DNA of 64,000 bases from Chiloscyllium plagiosum (GCF_004010195.1 NC_057758.1:2454205-2518204), one strand, 5' to 3'; positions 13,700 to 26,699 are shown, counted from the stretch's first letter. Translations and numbers: made by a program. Notes: generated by a model not told the origin, from the letters alone.

Positions 13700-15487
13700 T
13701 TTCACCCCCCAGAAAAATGTTTTCAGTCCCCATTCAAACAAAAGACAGACAGAAAAGCCATCAGACGCAAAGGACAGCATGCTGGTTCAGCTGTCAGCCC
13801 TACAGCCTCACAGCGCCGGGTTTAACAGTTCAGTCCCAGCGTGTGTACGGTCTGCATATTCTCCACGTATCGGCTTGGATTTCCTTTGGGTGGTGCGGAT
13901 TCTTTCGGCGATTCAAACATATAGATTTAGCCAGGGAAATGCAAATCTATAGGGATAGACTAAGGGGCGTGTGTCTGAACAAAGAACACATCAATAGGAT
14001 TCTGACCTTCAATCATATCTCTGCATCTCATACCTTAGCAGATTTTATTCGATTTTCCCATAGTTGCAGCCTCTCCAGATTAAACAAATCGAGTTTTTCG
14101 AGCCTCTCCTTACAGCTCATCCCCTTTAACGCAAGTAGCATCTTGGAAAACCTCTTGAGCACGCTCTCCAAAATCTCCATATCCTTTCTGCAGCCTGGCC
14201 ACCAGTATTGAATGCACTACACCAAGTGTTGTCGTACGAATGTCTTATAAAGCAGCAAGATAATATCCTGACTCTTGCACTCAATTCCACGACCAATAAA
14301 GGCAAACATGCCATATACGTTCGTGATCACCTTAATTACTTCTGTGGTCACTTTTCGGGAGCTTTGGACTTGAACCTCAAGATATCTCTTTAACATCAAT
14401 GGCTTTCAGGGACCTGCCATTACCTGTATACTTTTCTTTAACGTTTGATCTCACAAAGGGCACAACGTCACACTTGCTTGGATAAAATTGCATCTGCCAT
14501 TTCTCTACCCATATCTGCAACTCATCTATATCCTTTGACAGCATTCTACATTATTTACATCTCCACTGAAATTAGTATGGTCTGCAAACTTATCAACCAA
14601 ATCATTTATAATTTCATCAAAATCATTCGCGTATATCACAAACTGCAGAGGTCCAGCCAAGAAAAACTCCCTTCACCTATTACTGTTCCCTCCGTGGGCA
14701 AGCCAATTCTGAATCCAAGTGGCCAAGTCACAGTGGATCCCGTGCGTCTGAATGTTCCAGATGAGCACATGATGAAGGTCCTGAACGAAAACCTTACTAA
14801 AGTCCATGCTGACAACATACACTGCTTTATCCTCATCGATCACTTTCGTGATCTCGTCGAAAAATTCAATCAAGTCCATCAGACATGATCTGTCTGCACA
14901 AAGCCATGCTGCCTCCCTAATTTGGCCGTGCTTTTCCAAATGCGGGTAAATCCTACCCCTTAAAATTCTCTCCAATAGCTTCCCAATCACTGCTTTGTAT
15001 TTCACTAGGTCGATAGTTTGCTGAATTGTCCGTAATTCCCTTCTAGGACAGAGGTAAAACATCAGCCACTCACACCAGTCCTCTGGGAACACGCCAGTTA
15101 CTAGTGGTGATACAGATATCTTAGTCAGGACCCCAACAAATTCTCTCACTAAATTGGGGTAGAAACCATCGGGCCCAACACCACATCGTTTTTGATCTTA
15201 AAATGGTCTTGCATATGAGCATGCTCCACACTATCATCGTGTCTGACATATCCTTCTCATGGGTGAATGCGGATGCAAAGTATTAATTTAGAACTTAGTC
15301 GACGTTCTCTGCCTCCATGCACAAGTTCACCCCCTTATTCATAAGTGGTACTACTCTTTCCCTAAGCATCCTCTTCTTTTAATTTAGGTTTGGATCGGAT
15401 GCTCTTCAGAGTGTCAGTGTGGTCTTGATTGTCCAAATAGCCTGTTTTTCACACTGTGAGATATCCATGATCGACAAAGTAAATTAA
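13700..15487 (-). mobile_element. Diverged HE1-like SINE (+, ~13770-13980) plus CR1 LINE RT fragments (-, ~13985-15390)
   Basis: Minus ORF 14673-15149 has RSCLMDLIEFF/MDFSKVF. The whole block is absent from the paralogous intron at ~50100. Confidence 0.75.
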
Positions 15488-16270
15488 CAAAACTGGCCAG
15501 ATTCCTTAAATAGCTTTCAGAATCCGTTGGCCCACAGGTATAAATGTGGACGCCACAGTTTTTTTTTAATTTTAGAAATGTTGATAAGGGTCACTGTCTC
15601 AATTCACTTAGGCAAATATAGCAATAGTTCCTATTCAGATTTTTGTTTTGCACTTTGGGCTTTTGGAATTTGTTGTAACATATTAGGCAGAGAGCTTTCT
15701 CTCTTTCACTCTCTCCTTCCTCCCCTCTCTCTCTCTTTATTTCTTCCTTCACCTCTATATGTCTCTTTTCATTTTCATATCTCATTGGAATAACACAACT
15801 CCCTTAATTTGGGAAATGTTTCAATATATTGCATGGTTCCATAGTACAATGGAGCATCTCAATCCATCAAAAATCAAATTTTTTACTCTGCTGAAACCCA
15901 TGTATAGCTGCCGAACTAAAGTATCATCTCAGTGATATTGTGACATTAAACGACCCTCAAAGTGGTCTAATTGTATCTAACAACACTTTATAAAGAACAG
16001 GCAGCAGATACCAAGTTTAGATCACAAACAGACATTTGTAGTTTATTATTAATATGATAACTTTACCAAAGGTAAAGAACAAGGTAATCAAAGTCTTTGA
16101 ATTATACTCAGTCATCTGTGATTGAGTGAGAACAGACACAGACATATTCAAGCGATAAACTGAAAATGAAAATGGGTGTTACAATATGCCAAGGTGTTAC
16201 AACTATAATTTCAACATTACCTACAGCCAAAGTATATAATGTACATGTTATTTCTATGTCTTCCTCACAG

Positions 16271-17160
16271 TGAACTTACTGACGATTGTGATCCTGTCTC
16301 AAAAGAAGTGTGGGTTCTCCAAATGCATCAGTCTTTACCTGCTATCCATGGCAGTGACAGATCTACTGGTCGTTATTTTTGACCTGATATTAAGGCACAT
16401 CCCGATTGTTTTCCGGGCACAGTTTTATTTCATGTTTTCCATTCCTGCCTGTAATATCCATGCAGTCCTGCTGAATGCAGCCTCTGACTGTTCTGTTTGG
16501 TTCACTGTCGCTTTCTCCATGGATCGCTTTTTGGCTATATCTTGCCAGAAGGTGAAAAGAAAATATTTCACAGGAAAAATGGCAATTGCAATCTTGGGAA
16601 CAGTAACTATGCTAGGTTGCGTCGAGAACTTATTCTGGTTTTTTATCTTCAAAAACCAGTATGACTTAAGGAACAATCCTTGGTTCTGTGTTGTACGATT
16701 GAAGCTTATCTATTCACAGTTTTGGGGAGCTCTTGAGTTTCTTCAATACATTCTAACCCCAGGATTTCCATTTGTCCTGATTCTGCTGCTCAACGTTTTC
16801 ACTGTCAGATACATTTTAGTGACAAACAGAGCCCGCAGGAGACTCTTGGCTGACAGTTGCAGGAAAAGTCCAAGAGACCGAGAGGTGGAGAGACGCAGAA
16901 AGTCGATCATTTTACTCTTTGCCATTTCCTCCAATTTCATTGTCCTATGGGCAACATTAACGTTTTTCTGCATATGGTACAGATTAAGAATATGGGGCTA
17001 TGTGCCTAGGATATTTACAGGTTTTGTACGTGAACTAGGATGCATGCTCCAAATCCTGAGTTGTTGCACCAACTCTATATCTTATGCAGTAATTCAGAGA
17101 AATTTCAGACAGCAGTTTCAAAAAGCTCTAAAATATCCCTTCACGTCACTTCTTCAATAA
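16271..17160 (+). CDS. GPR139-like class A GPCR, copy 1 (intact), coding exon 2 (TM1 end to C-terminus)
   Basis: Pyrimidine-rich acceptor TTCCTCACAG| at 16270. G+TG gives Val in frame with exon 1, total 349 aa. Motifs: NLLTIVIL (TM1), MAVTDLL (TM2), TVAFSMDRF (TM3), ECL2 Cys (PWFC), PFVLILLLN (TM5), RRKSIILLFAISSNFIVLW (TM6), CCTNSISY and RNFR (TM7/helix 8). No internal stops. Confidence 0.93.
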
Positions 17161-17244
17161 ATTCAACGAAGATAGGAGATACAGCAGAGAGTGCTGAGAA
17201 GTGTCAGTGGCAATACGCACAGGAGAGAGCTGTCACTATGTCAT

Positions 17245-17812
17245 TGGACGGGGTATTGAGTACAAGAGTTGACAGTTCATGTTGCAGTTGTGTAAGACTT
17301 TGGTTCAGCCACATTTAGAATATTACATACAGTTCCAGTACCACAAGGATGTGGATTTTTGGAGAGAGTGCAGAGGAGGTTCATCAGGATGTTGTCTGGT
17401 ATGGAAGCTGCTAGCTGCGAGGAGAGACTGAGTAGATTAGAATTATTTTCATTCGAAAGTAGGAGATTGATGGGATACCTGATTGAGGCCTACAAAATCA
17501 TGAGAGGAGTAGACAGGGTAGAGAGCAAGAATTGTTTTCCCAGAGCAGAACACTCAAATACTCGGGGTCACGAGTTTGTAGTGAGAGGGGAACGGTTTGG
17601 GGAGATATGCGTGGAAAGTTGTTCACGCAGAGGCTGGTGGATGCCTGGAAAGCATTGCTAGTGGGAATGGTGGTGGAGGAACGACAGCATCATTAAAATA
17701 TATCTAGACAGATACATGAATGGGCAGTGAGCAAAGGGATACAGATCCTGAGGAAATAGGTGGCAGGTTTAGATAGAGTATTTGGATCGTCGCAGGCTTG
17801 GAGGACCGAGCA
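17245..17812 (+). mobile_element. CR1 LINE 3' fragment in the 3' flank of copy 1
   Basis: ERVQRRFIRML...YLIEAYKIMRG...TRGH. Confidence 0.85.
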
Positions 17813-17827
17813 CTTTTGTGAGCACTT

Positions 17828-18010
17828 TCAGAAGTCACAGTACACCATGTTATAGTCCATATGGGTTTATTCGAAATCACCAAGTTCGCCTAATGAAGGA
17901 GCAGCTCTCAGAAAGATTGTGATTTCTAGAAAAGATGTCGGACTATAGCCTTCTATCTTGTGACTTCTGATCCTACCCACCTCAGTCAACTCCAATACCT
18001 CTACATCATC
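17828..18010. mobile_element. Penelope-type terminal-repeat fragment in inverted arrangement
   Basis: AGAAGTCACA...TTATAGTCC and GGACTATAG...TGTGACTTCT arms; degenerate hammerhead core CTAATGAAGGAGCAGCTCTCAGAAA. Confidence 0.6.
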
Positions 18011-19249
18011 TCTGTATGAACAGGGAGAAGTATGGTGCCACTAAGTGTCAGGAGGGTGCTCCACTGTGGCAACATAGACCGAATGTAGAGTCACTCTGGA
18101 CGGAATATAAATTATGAGGAAGCTTTCCCTATGGTCACAGAAAGGGGGAGTGGAGTCACTCAGTGTGCAATGTAGATCAGTTGGATCTCCTCTTTCGTAT
18201 AGGTTTTGTGCCTTACTGCACAACATCATCGGCAGTAGACAATGGACCCGGGTCCTGAGGACAAGTCAATCGGACAGATTGGTAGTCAGTTAGCCTTGTT
18301 TTCTCATGCTGCCTGAGGGCTTCTCAGGGTGTGTTCATTTTGGAATCAGATGGGTTCACCAGACTGTTGAGGTTTTTTTTTTGCAGGTTACCAGTTGAGT
18401 AATTCCTGGCACCAAAGTTCCTGAAACATCAAATCATAACAGAAGAGTCACTAGAGGAGGCCATTTGACTTTGCAACCCTGATAACCATTCAGCATCATG
18501 ATGACTGATCACTTCTGCCTGTTTTCTTTCGACCTCAGGACCACATTTAACTCCTTCTTCAATACTCCAACGTTTTCGCCTCCATCACTTTCTGTGGCAG
18601 AGTATTCCACAGTCCTATCACTGAGAGAAGATATTTCTTGTAATCTCAGTCCAAAATAACCTACCACATATCCGTCGAAATTGCCCCCTTGTTCTTGACG
18701 TCCACGTCATTGAGAACATGATTCCTCTGTTTATCCTGACTTGTCCTTTCAAAACAGTTTTCTTTTTCAAAACATTACACACTCTCATTCTTCTAAATGT
18801 CAAGGAATAAATTCTCTCCACAAATGTCAGTCTGAATGTATCAGTTAACCTTTGATTTGAATCCGGTTTTACTACGCCATCTGATACTAATACTGGACAA
18901 TTCGCAGAACCGAAGGTAAAACCTGATTTGATAACGCGTGTTTTGTTTTTCTTCTCTGTTCCAGGAGGATTTCATTCTCTGAACAACTTTACAGCAGGCT
19001 GCCAATGTACTTCAAACATAGCAGCGTAAATTTATACCAAATAAAACAGCATCTACAATCTGGCATAGTTCCAGTACACATGCCAGAAAGGAGCATTAAA
19101 CTGTTTAATCCTGACAGAGCCAGAAACGTCAGGAATGGTCACAAAAGACTACATGAAAAGATGCATTCACAGCTGCTTTATCATTCATTACTTCCTTTTA
19201 CCGATTTGGTGCCTGCTGCTATGCATATAAGCATCAAGTGTCCTTCATT

Positions 19250-20430
19250 CAGCGTATCTCAGTCTCATTAGTTGTGCCGAACATTTGTTGCTCATCCATT
19301 GTTGCCCCCTAGTGAATGTGGATATGAGCTGCCTTCTTAAGTTGCTGCAGTACACATGCTGTAGCGAGACTGGTTAATTGGGAATGTCCAGGATTTTGAT
19401 CAATGACGCTGAGGGAGTGGAAATATATTTCCAAGTCAGATTGGAATGTGTTTTGTAGATTTTGCATGGAGTTGTGTTACCATAGATGTGCTAACCTAGT
19501 TCTTCTAATTGTTAGCGCTCATAGAGTGCGGAGGTGCTGCCTGAGGAGCTTTGGTGAATTTCCACTGTGCATCTTGGAAGTATTTCAAGTATTTAGCATC
19601 AGTAGTGGATTGAATGGAAGCTTTAGATCTGGTATAAATCAAACAAGCTCCTTTGTTTTGGATGGTCTTGAATTTTTTGATTGATATTGGAACTACATAC
19701 ATCGAAGTAGGGTATATTCTTCCACACTGGTGACATGTGCCTTTTTTTATGCTGGACAGGTTTGGTGAGTCAGGAGATGAGTTACGCACTGTAGAATTTC
19801 ACGCTCTTGTAGCTACTATACAAATATGGCTAGTCCTGTTCAGTTTCTGGTTAACGGTAACCCACAGGATGTAGATCGTGAAGGATGCAGTGATTGTAGC
19901 AACATTGAGAGTGAACAGCCAGCGGTTAGATTATTTCTGCTTGTGTATCGTCATTGCCTGGCGTATCAGTGATGTGAATGTTCCTCGGTACTTGTCAGAC
20001 CAAGCCTAGATATTGTCCACATCTTGTTGCATTTGAACATGGACTACTTCAGCCACTGAGTCGCAAACGTTGCTGAACGTGGCTGAACACTGAGCATGAT
20101 CAGTTCTGTCCTTATTCCAGAGGGAAAATTATTGATGAAGAAGCTGAAGATGATTTGGTCTGAACTCTGTCCTGAGGAACTCCTGCAGATATCTCCTGGA
20201 GCTGATATTACTGATCTACAACAAGCACAAATATATTCCTGTGAGGGATCTTTGACTCCAATCAGCAGAAAATATTTCCTCTGATACATATAGAATCCAG
20301 TTTCTCTCATGCTTGATAAGGCCACTCAGTTCAATCTGACCTTGATATCAGGGGCTGTCATTCTCACCTCCCATCAGAAATACAGATACTTTAACCATAT
20401 TTGAATGAAGATGGTAATGACGTCAAATTG
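19250..20430 (-). mobile_element. CR1-group LINE (second family) fragment
   Basis: Reverse complement matches 2810-5575; paralogous to 53430-54570. Confidence 0.7.
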
Positions 20431-22250
20431 CTTTGACATGTTCTCGCATGGCAGGCTCAGAAAGAGATTAAATGTCCATGGGATTCAATGCAAGTTGGCA
20501 AATCGAATCCAAACTTGGCTGAGTGGCAGGAAGCTGAGCTGAGAACAGTTAAACTGAAAAGTTGTATCCATTGACCTAGTACAAGGCTCAGTGCCGAGTC
20601 ACTTGCTGTTTGTTATGTATGTTTATGAACTAGACATGAATGGTCCTGTAGTATAAAGTAAGGATGAAGTACTTCGACTGCAGGACAATATAGATGGACT
20701 GGTCAGATGTGTAGATCAGTGACAAATGGAATTAATCAAAAAACGTATAAGATGAAGCTGGGAGTAGTAATTGAAGGAAATTTCTCGAAATGAAGAAAGA
20801 TTACGAGTTGTGTTCTACAGGGATCAGTGCTGGGGCCACTGCTGTTTGTGATATACATGAATGATCTGGAAGACGGCATTGTTGGTCTGATTAGTAAGTT
20901 TGCAGATGATACGAAGATTGGTGGAGTAGCAGAAAGCATAGAGGACCGTCAAAGAATAAGAAGAATATAGATAGACTGGAGAGTTGGACAGAGAACAGCC
21001 AGATGGAGTTCAATCCAGGAAAATGTGAGGTGATGAATTTTGGTAGTCTAATTCTCGAGCGAACTATACTGTCAACGGAACTGACTTGGGAAACCTTGAT
21101 GAGCAGAGAGATCTGGGAATTCAGGTCCACTGCTCCCTGAAGTTGGCTGCACAGTTGGATAGAGACGTCAAGAAGGCATACGGTATGCTTGCATTTATCG
21201 GACGGGATATTGAGTATAAGAAATGGCAGGGTGTGTTATAATTGTACGAGTCTTTGGTTCGGCCACATTTTGAGTACTGCTTACTGATTGCCACATTACC
21301 AAAAGGATGTGGATATTTTGGAGAGGGGGGAAAAAAGTTTTACGAGGATGTTGGCCTGATATGGAAGGCGCGAGCTATGAAGAGAGGTTGACTAGGTTCG
21401 GATTGTTTTCATTAGGAAAAAGGGGATTGAGTGGTGACCTGACTGAGGTCTACAAAATCATGAAGGGTCTCGACAGGGTAGATTGAGATAAGCTTTTTCC
21501 CAGGGTGAGGGATTCATTTACGAGCGATCACACGTTCAAGTTGAGAGGTGAAAGGTTTAAGGGGGATACACATGGAAAGTAATTTACAAAGAGGGTGGTA
21601 GGTGCCTGGAACGCGATGCCCAAAGAGGTAGCAGAGGCAGGCACGGGAGATTCATTTAAGGTGCATCTAGACAGATGCATGATTAGGTGGGGAGCAGAGG
21701 GATACAGATGTTTAGGAATTTGGCGAGAGGTTTAGACAGTGGAATTGGATCGACTCATGCTTGGAGGGCCTAAGGACCTGTTCATGATCTGTAAATTTTC
21801 TTGGTTCTTTGTTCTTTATTAATTTAGGAGGATTAAAAAGGCAAGGGAGTTCACAATAAATCGTAGGATCAGGAAAGAACACAGGATCAGAAGGACCTTG
21901 GCATGAATGTCCGAAGATCCTGCATCACTGAAGAATAGCTACGTGCTTGGAAAAGTATATGGGATCACTGCCTTTATTAATCAATGATTTGAACATAAGA
22001 GGAGAGAGTCTATGATGGAGATGTAGAGACGTTAGTTCGGCAACAGCTAGAATACTGAGTACAGTTCAAGTAATTAAACTGTGGGAAGTGGACCAGTGCA
22101 GAGGATATTCGAATTTTGATGAGTGTTGGAGACACCACAATATACAGGCTAGAGACCAAGTGCTGAAAATTGAGATTAGAATGGATGGTTATTTAATGAG
22201 CAAAGTGAATTCGATGGTCCAAAGTGTATTGATCCTTTATGATTCGAGGC
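20430..22250 (+). mobile_element. Older CR1 fragment with a younger CR1 (~20760-21815) nested in it
   Basis: QGSVLGPLLF, SKFADD and TTCTTTG tail at ~21810. The younger insert is absent from the paralogous 54580-55600. Confidence 0.8.
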
Positions 22251-22744
22251 AGTGCATTTTGCTGCCTTTTAAGAGTTGTATAGTGAAATAAGTTGATTCT
22301 GCAGGGTGTCCCTCTCTGAAATTTGAACATCACATTTAGAGAAAAGACTGAGCGCCAGGGATCAAAACCTCCCAAATTGCACAAGACGACGTTGAGCAAA
22401 CAACAAATGTGCATTTAAACCAGAACACAAAGTGTTACCCGTTGATCTGCCTGTCGTATTTTGCATTCAAAAGTTACGGGCTTTTTCTCTTTCGGTCTTG
22501 CCCTACATTACTTATATATAAGGACTGTAGAATTCTACCCTCCATTGCACTTGCTGCCTCTTATCAAATTCCATTAACACCTTTTACATTTAGGAAGTTG
22601 ATTCTTTTATAAAAGCTCGTAGCATTAATAATAATTGTAATTTGTATAATTTGCTTCCACCGTTAACATGTTTTAGTTTATCAGATAAACCATGCCAGGC
22701 AATTATTTCATGTTTCATAATTACGTTGAAATCGATATTCTGTG

Positions 22745-23120
22745 ACCATAGTTTTGACACGGTGTAAACCCCTCTGCTAATAAAAACCTGACACACAGAG
22801 AAGCTCATTAAGCATGAAAGTAGCTGTCCAGTTTCTTTTTCCCCATACTCGCTGAATACCCCTGCTCATGGTGATGCGAAGACATCACGAGCCCAATCTA
22901 AATGTTTTGTTTGGATCAACAAAACCCCGTTGTCACTAGCCATTCCACGTTTTTAAATGCAACGAAAAAGACTTCCAAATCCTTCTCATCAAATTTAGGC
23001 AATGCTTGAACCTACCTAAACAATTTCTCATCAGGCTTTCGTCCACCAAGTGTGTGCTCATCTCCACTCTCTTCCTCACTAGACTTACCTTCCGCCTTCA
23101 TCTACATCCTCTCTTTGACT
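22745..23120 (-). mobile_element. Gypsy LTR start and gag fragment
   Basis: TTTTGACACGGTGTAAACCCCTCTGC resembles the LTR starts at 26595 and 35231. Minus strand encodes LPKFDEKDLEVFF, as in the gag at 34505-34765. Confidence 0.6.
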
Positions 23121-23139
23121 CTCAGTGGTGTTACATATC

Positions 23140-26035
23140 TACAGTGATGTTAAAGGCCTGGAGAGAGATCAAAGAAGATTTCCCAGAATGGTACCTGGGA
23201 ATGAGGAATTTTATAAGCGTGGAGATATTAGTGAAATTGTTATTCTCCTTGCAGCAGAGAGAATTAAGAGGTGACCTTGTTGACATGAACAAAATTACGA
23301 ACATTTTGGCAGGGTTAAGAAAGATATTCTGTTCCAACTAGTTAGCTAACTCAGTCAGTATGGTCACAGGTTCCGAGATTATCGGCAAGAGAGCCAAGAG
23401 TAAAATGAGGAAAAACATTTTTTACTCAGAGTTGTTAGGATTTGGAAAATACTAAGTGGGAAAGTTGTGGAGGCAGATTTCATAGGACATTTCAAACCAC
23501 AGCTTTTTATATATCCATTTATGAGACTTGGGTGCCGGTGGCTGGCCAGCATTGACAGCCCAACCATATTTGCCCTTGAGAACATGGTAGTGAGCTGCCT
23601 TCTTGAATCGCTGCAGTGGCTTGACCCATAATATCTGTAGGGAGGGAATTTCCAGGATTGTGACCCAACGACTCTGAACGTATGGCGGTATATTTCCAAG
23701 TCAGGGTAGGTGGCTTGGAGGGGAACGTGGAGGTTGTGGCGTTCCCAAGTACCTGTTGCCTTGTCTTCCTAAATAGAAGTGTATCTTGTCGACAGTACAC
23801 GCTGCTGTAATTGAGTGACGGTGGTGGAAGGATTGAATATTTGTAGATATGGTGCCAATTAAGTCGGTTGCTTTGCCCTGGATAAGGTCAAGCTTCTTGA
23901 GTGTTGTTGGATTTGCACCCATTCAGGCAAATGGGGAATACTCCATCACAGTCCTGACTTGTAGATGGTATTTAGAATTTGGGTGGTCAAAGGACGTAAT
24001 TTAGTCGCCGCAGCATCCCTCATCTCTCTCACACACACACACTCACACACATATGCATATCAGAAAATGGTGAACTCCGAGGGCTGCAGAGATAGGGTTG
24101 GAGTATGGAAACAGTCGGGAAGCTCTCTTCGGAGCCAGAACATATGCAATGGTTTGAATGGCCTCCTGCCACTCTCTAATTCTACACTTGGAAAGGTGTT
24201 CATGTGCTGTGAACAGGAATAGGCTTCCGCGCTCAGAACCGGAAAGGAGTCAGACTGGGAAAAAGTTCGAGCAGCAGTATTAGGGAAGAGTGGTTGAGGG
24301 TCCAGAATTGGCAAGAATCTCAGGGAGTCAAAGCTGGAAAAGTATTCAGGTAGTTAGAAGTGGAAGGGTTCGGGAGTTTCCAATGGAAAGCAGTTCAGGA
24401 AGTGAAAACTGGAAAGGTGTGTGTCCTCTGAATTTGAGGTGAGTACTGGAGCTGAGGGACTTAGGGATTGGTGAGCATGATTCTCTGAAGGTGGTCAGGC
24501 AAGTTGAAGCCATCTTTAAAAAGGCTGAAGGGTTTACTGGGTGTATAAACAGGAGCATGCAGTATAAATCCGAAACTCAACTCCTCCACAAATTATTGGT
24601 CAAACCACATTTGAAGTATTGTGTTCAGTCTAGTTTGATGAAGGATGTAAGTTCCTGGGGAGAGCATAAAGGAAGCAATTGGGTACCTCTCTTCGGAGCC
24701 AGAAGATATGGTTCAAATGGCCTCCTGCCATTCTCTGATTCTGTATTTGGAAAAATATTCATGAGCTGTGAACAGGAATACGCCTCTGTGATCAGAACTG
24801 GAAAGGGGTCAGATAGAGAAAACGTTTCGACGGACAGGTACGATAATGGTACCAGGAATTGTGGATTTGAGAGATAAAGAAACATCTCGGAAAGTTGACT
24901 TTTCTCTTCGGAACAGAGAAAGTTGAGAGGCAACCTTTTTGAGGTGTTCAAGATTATGAACAATTTTGACAGGATGAAGAAGGATATTTTCATTCGATCA
25001 TCTCAGTCACTAGCAGTCATAATTTCAAAGTTGTCAGCAAGAGAGCTCAGAGTCACATGAGGAGAAGATTCATTATTAAGGCAGTTAACAGGATTTGGCA
25101 GGCACAGATTGGTGGAGGCGGATTCAAGTGGAGATTTCAAAAGGGGGTGGATATATATTTGCAAGTGGTGAAGTTAAGTGATAGGGCTCGAGAGCTGGAA
25201 TAGCTGAGCAACATTTGTTTTTGGTACTGAGTGCAAACAAGTGGATCAGGTGGCCTCTTTCACTGCAAACGTCTATGACTGGAATGGGGAAATATAAGGT
25301 CCACATGCCACTAATTAGCACTAGGGACACTTGATTCTAGCCTTAGGTGACCGTCTCTATGGAGTTTACACATTCAAACTAGTCTGAGAGGGTTTCGGCT
25401 CTAGCTTCAGGTCTCATCCAAAAATGTCCATCTTTGTGGAGTGAATATGCTAAATTGTTCTATAGTGTCCAGGAGGAGCATGATATGTAGAAATGGGGTG
25501 ACGAATATCGAATGAGGGAATGGGTTTGGGGAGACTGCTCTTCGAATTGTCAGTGCAGATTCGATGGGGCAAATAGTATCTTTCTGCATCATAGGGATTC
25601 TGCGTTTTCAGAGGGTCAGGATACAAACTGGCTTGAAGTGCTCAGAATAGTGAACAACTGTAAAACGTCTTCAGTATTCAAAGTAGTTAAAGGATAAACA
25701 GTTTGTTGGGGACAAAATTGAAGATTCAAGATATAGTTGCTTTTAACTATGTTTTTGGGTCTGAGGTGGAGCTCACTGCGGAATGACTAGTGACATTAAC
25801 TTACTTGTTTTCACTTTTATTGTGGAAGTCCTTCCGTGTATATTTAGAGATTCATTGGTGTCCTTCCATTCTCCTTCCATTTCCCTTTTGTGTAATAAAC
25901 ATTCGTTCTTCAGTAGATTGGAGGGATATGGGCCGGGTGCTGGCACGTGGGACTAATTGGGTTGGGATATCCGGTCGGCATGGACGGGTTGGACCAAAGG
26001 GTCTGTTTCCATGCTGTACATCTCTATGACTCTAT
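23140..26035. mobile_element. Mosaic of old CR1 fragments, a second-family LINE piece, a diverged HE1-like SINE (~25290-25600) and a CR1 tail (25915-26035)
   Basis: LVKPHLKYCVQ, LRGDL motifs and (CTATGACT) tail. Confidence 0.6.
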
Positions 26036-26699
26036 GAAAGGAAATTAATGGCCTCTTTTGGATATCTTGAGTGATTCATCACCAGAAAGATCAACTGCAA
26101 GATGATCACTGAAGAGAGCTTTAGCTCTGGTGTCTGCATTGTCCAGGGTTACCGGGACTCATGACCAGTGAATTAACATTCACTACTGGGGTAAGCAAAT
26201 TGACTCCTCTGTCTCAGCAGCATTGAACTGGCGGAGAGCAGACAGATCAGGACGTGGAGACTGAAGAAGTGAAGATTTACCCTTATTGTGCCTCTATCAC
26301 GAGCCCCTAATGATAGCTGAGTAAATATATTATGGATACATCATGAACCTACGACAGAACATATTTTTCTAGGATTTCCAATCACTTGCAATCGAGCGAG
26401 GCTACTCTTTTAGTTTCTGTGTTAACTTATCAATTGAAGCAAAAGGTTATTTCAACACATTCTTCAAATTCTCTCTGAATTTAGTTTGGGTCACAGCAAG
26501 AGTGAAAGTATTTTTGGGGCAAGAGGGTATTTGAAGCATGAACCGAAATTCATGTAGATACATATCTAAATTTGCAGATTCAAACCAATGATGCTGCTAT
26601 GACACGGGGTAAACTCTCCTAATTAATTTAAACCAGCAACACAGAAAAGGTTTAGACGTGTAGTAATATGTGAAAATTCGAGAGGCCAAGGATTATTTA

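Noticed and set aside
16271..17160. Assigning the symbol GPR139
   Set aside because: Family resemblance only; it is divergent and multicopy, so orthology is unsupported without a tree.
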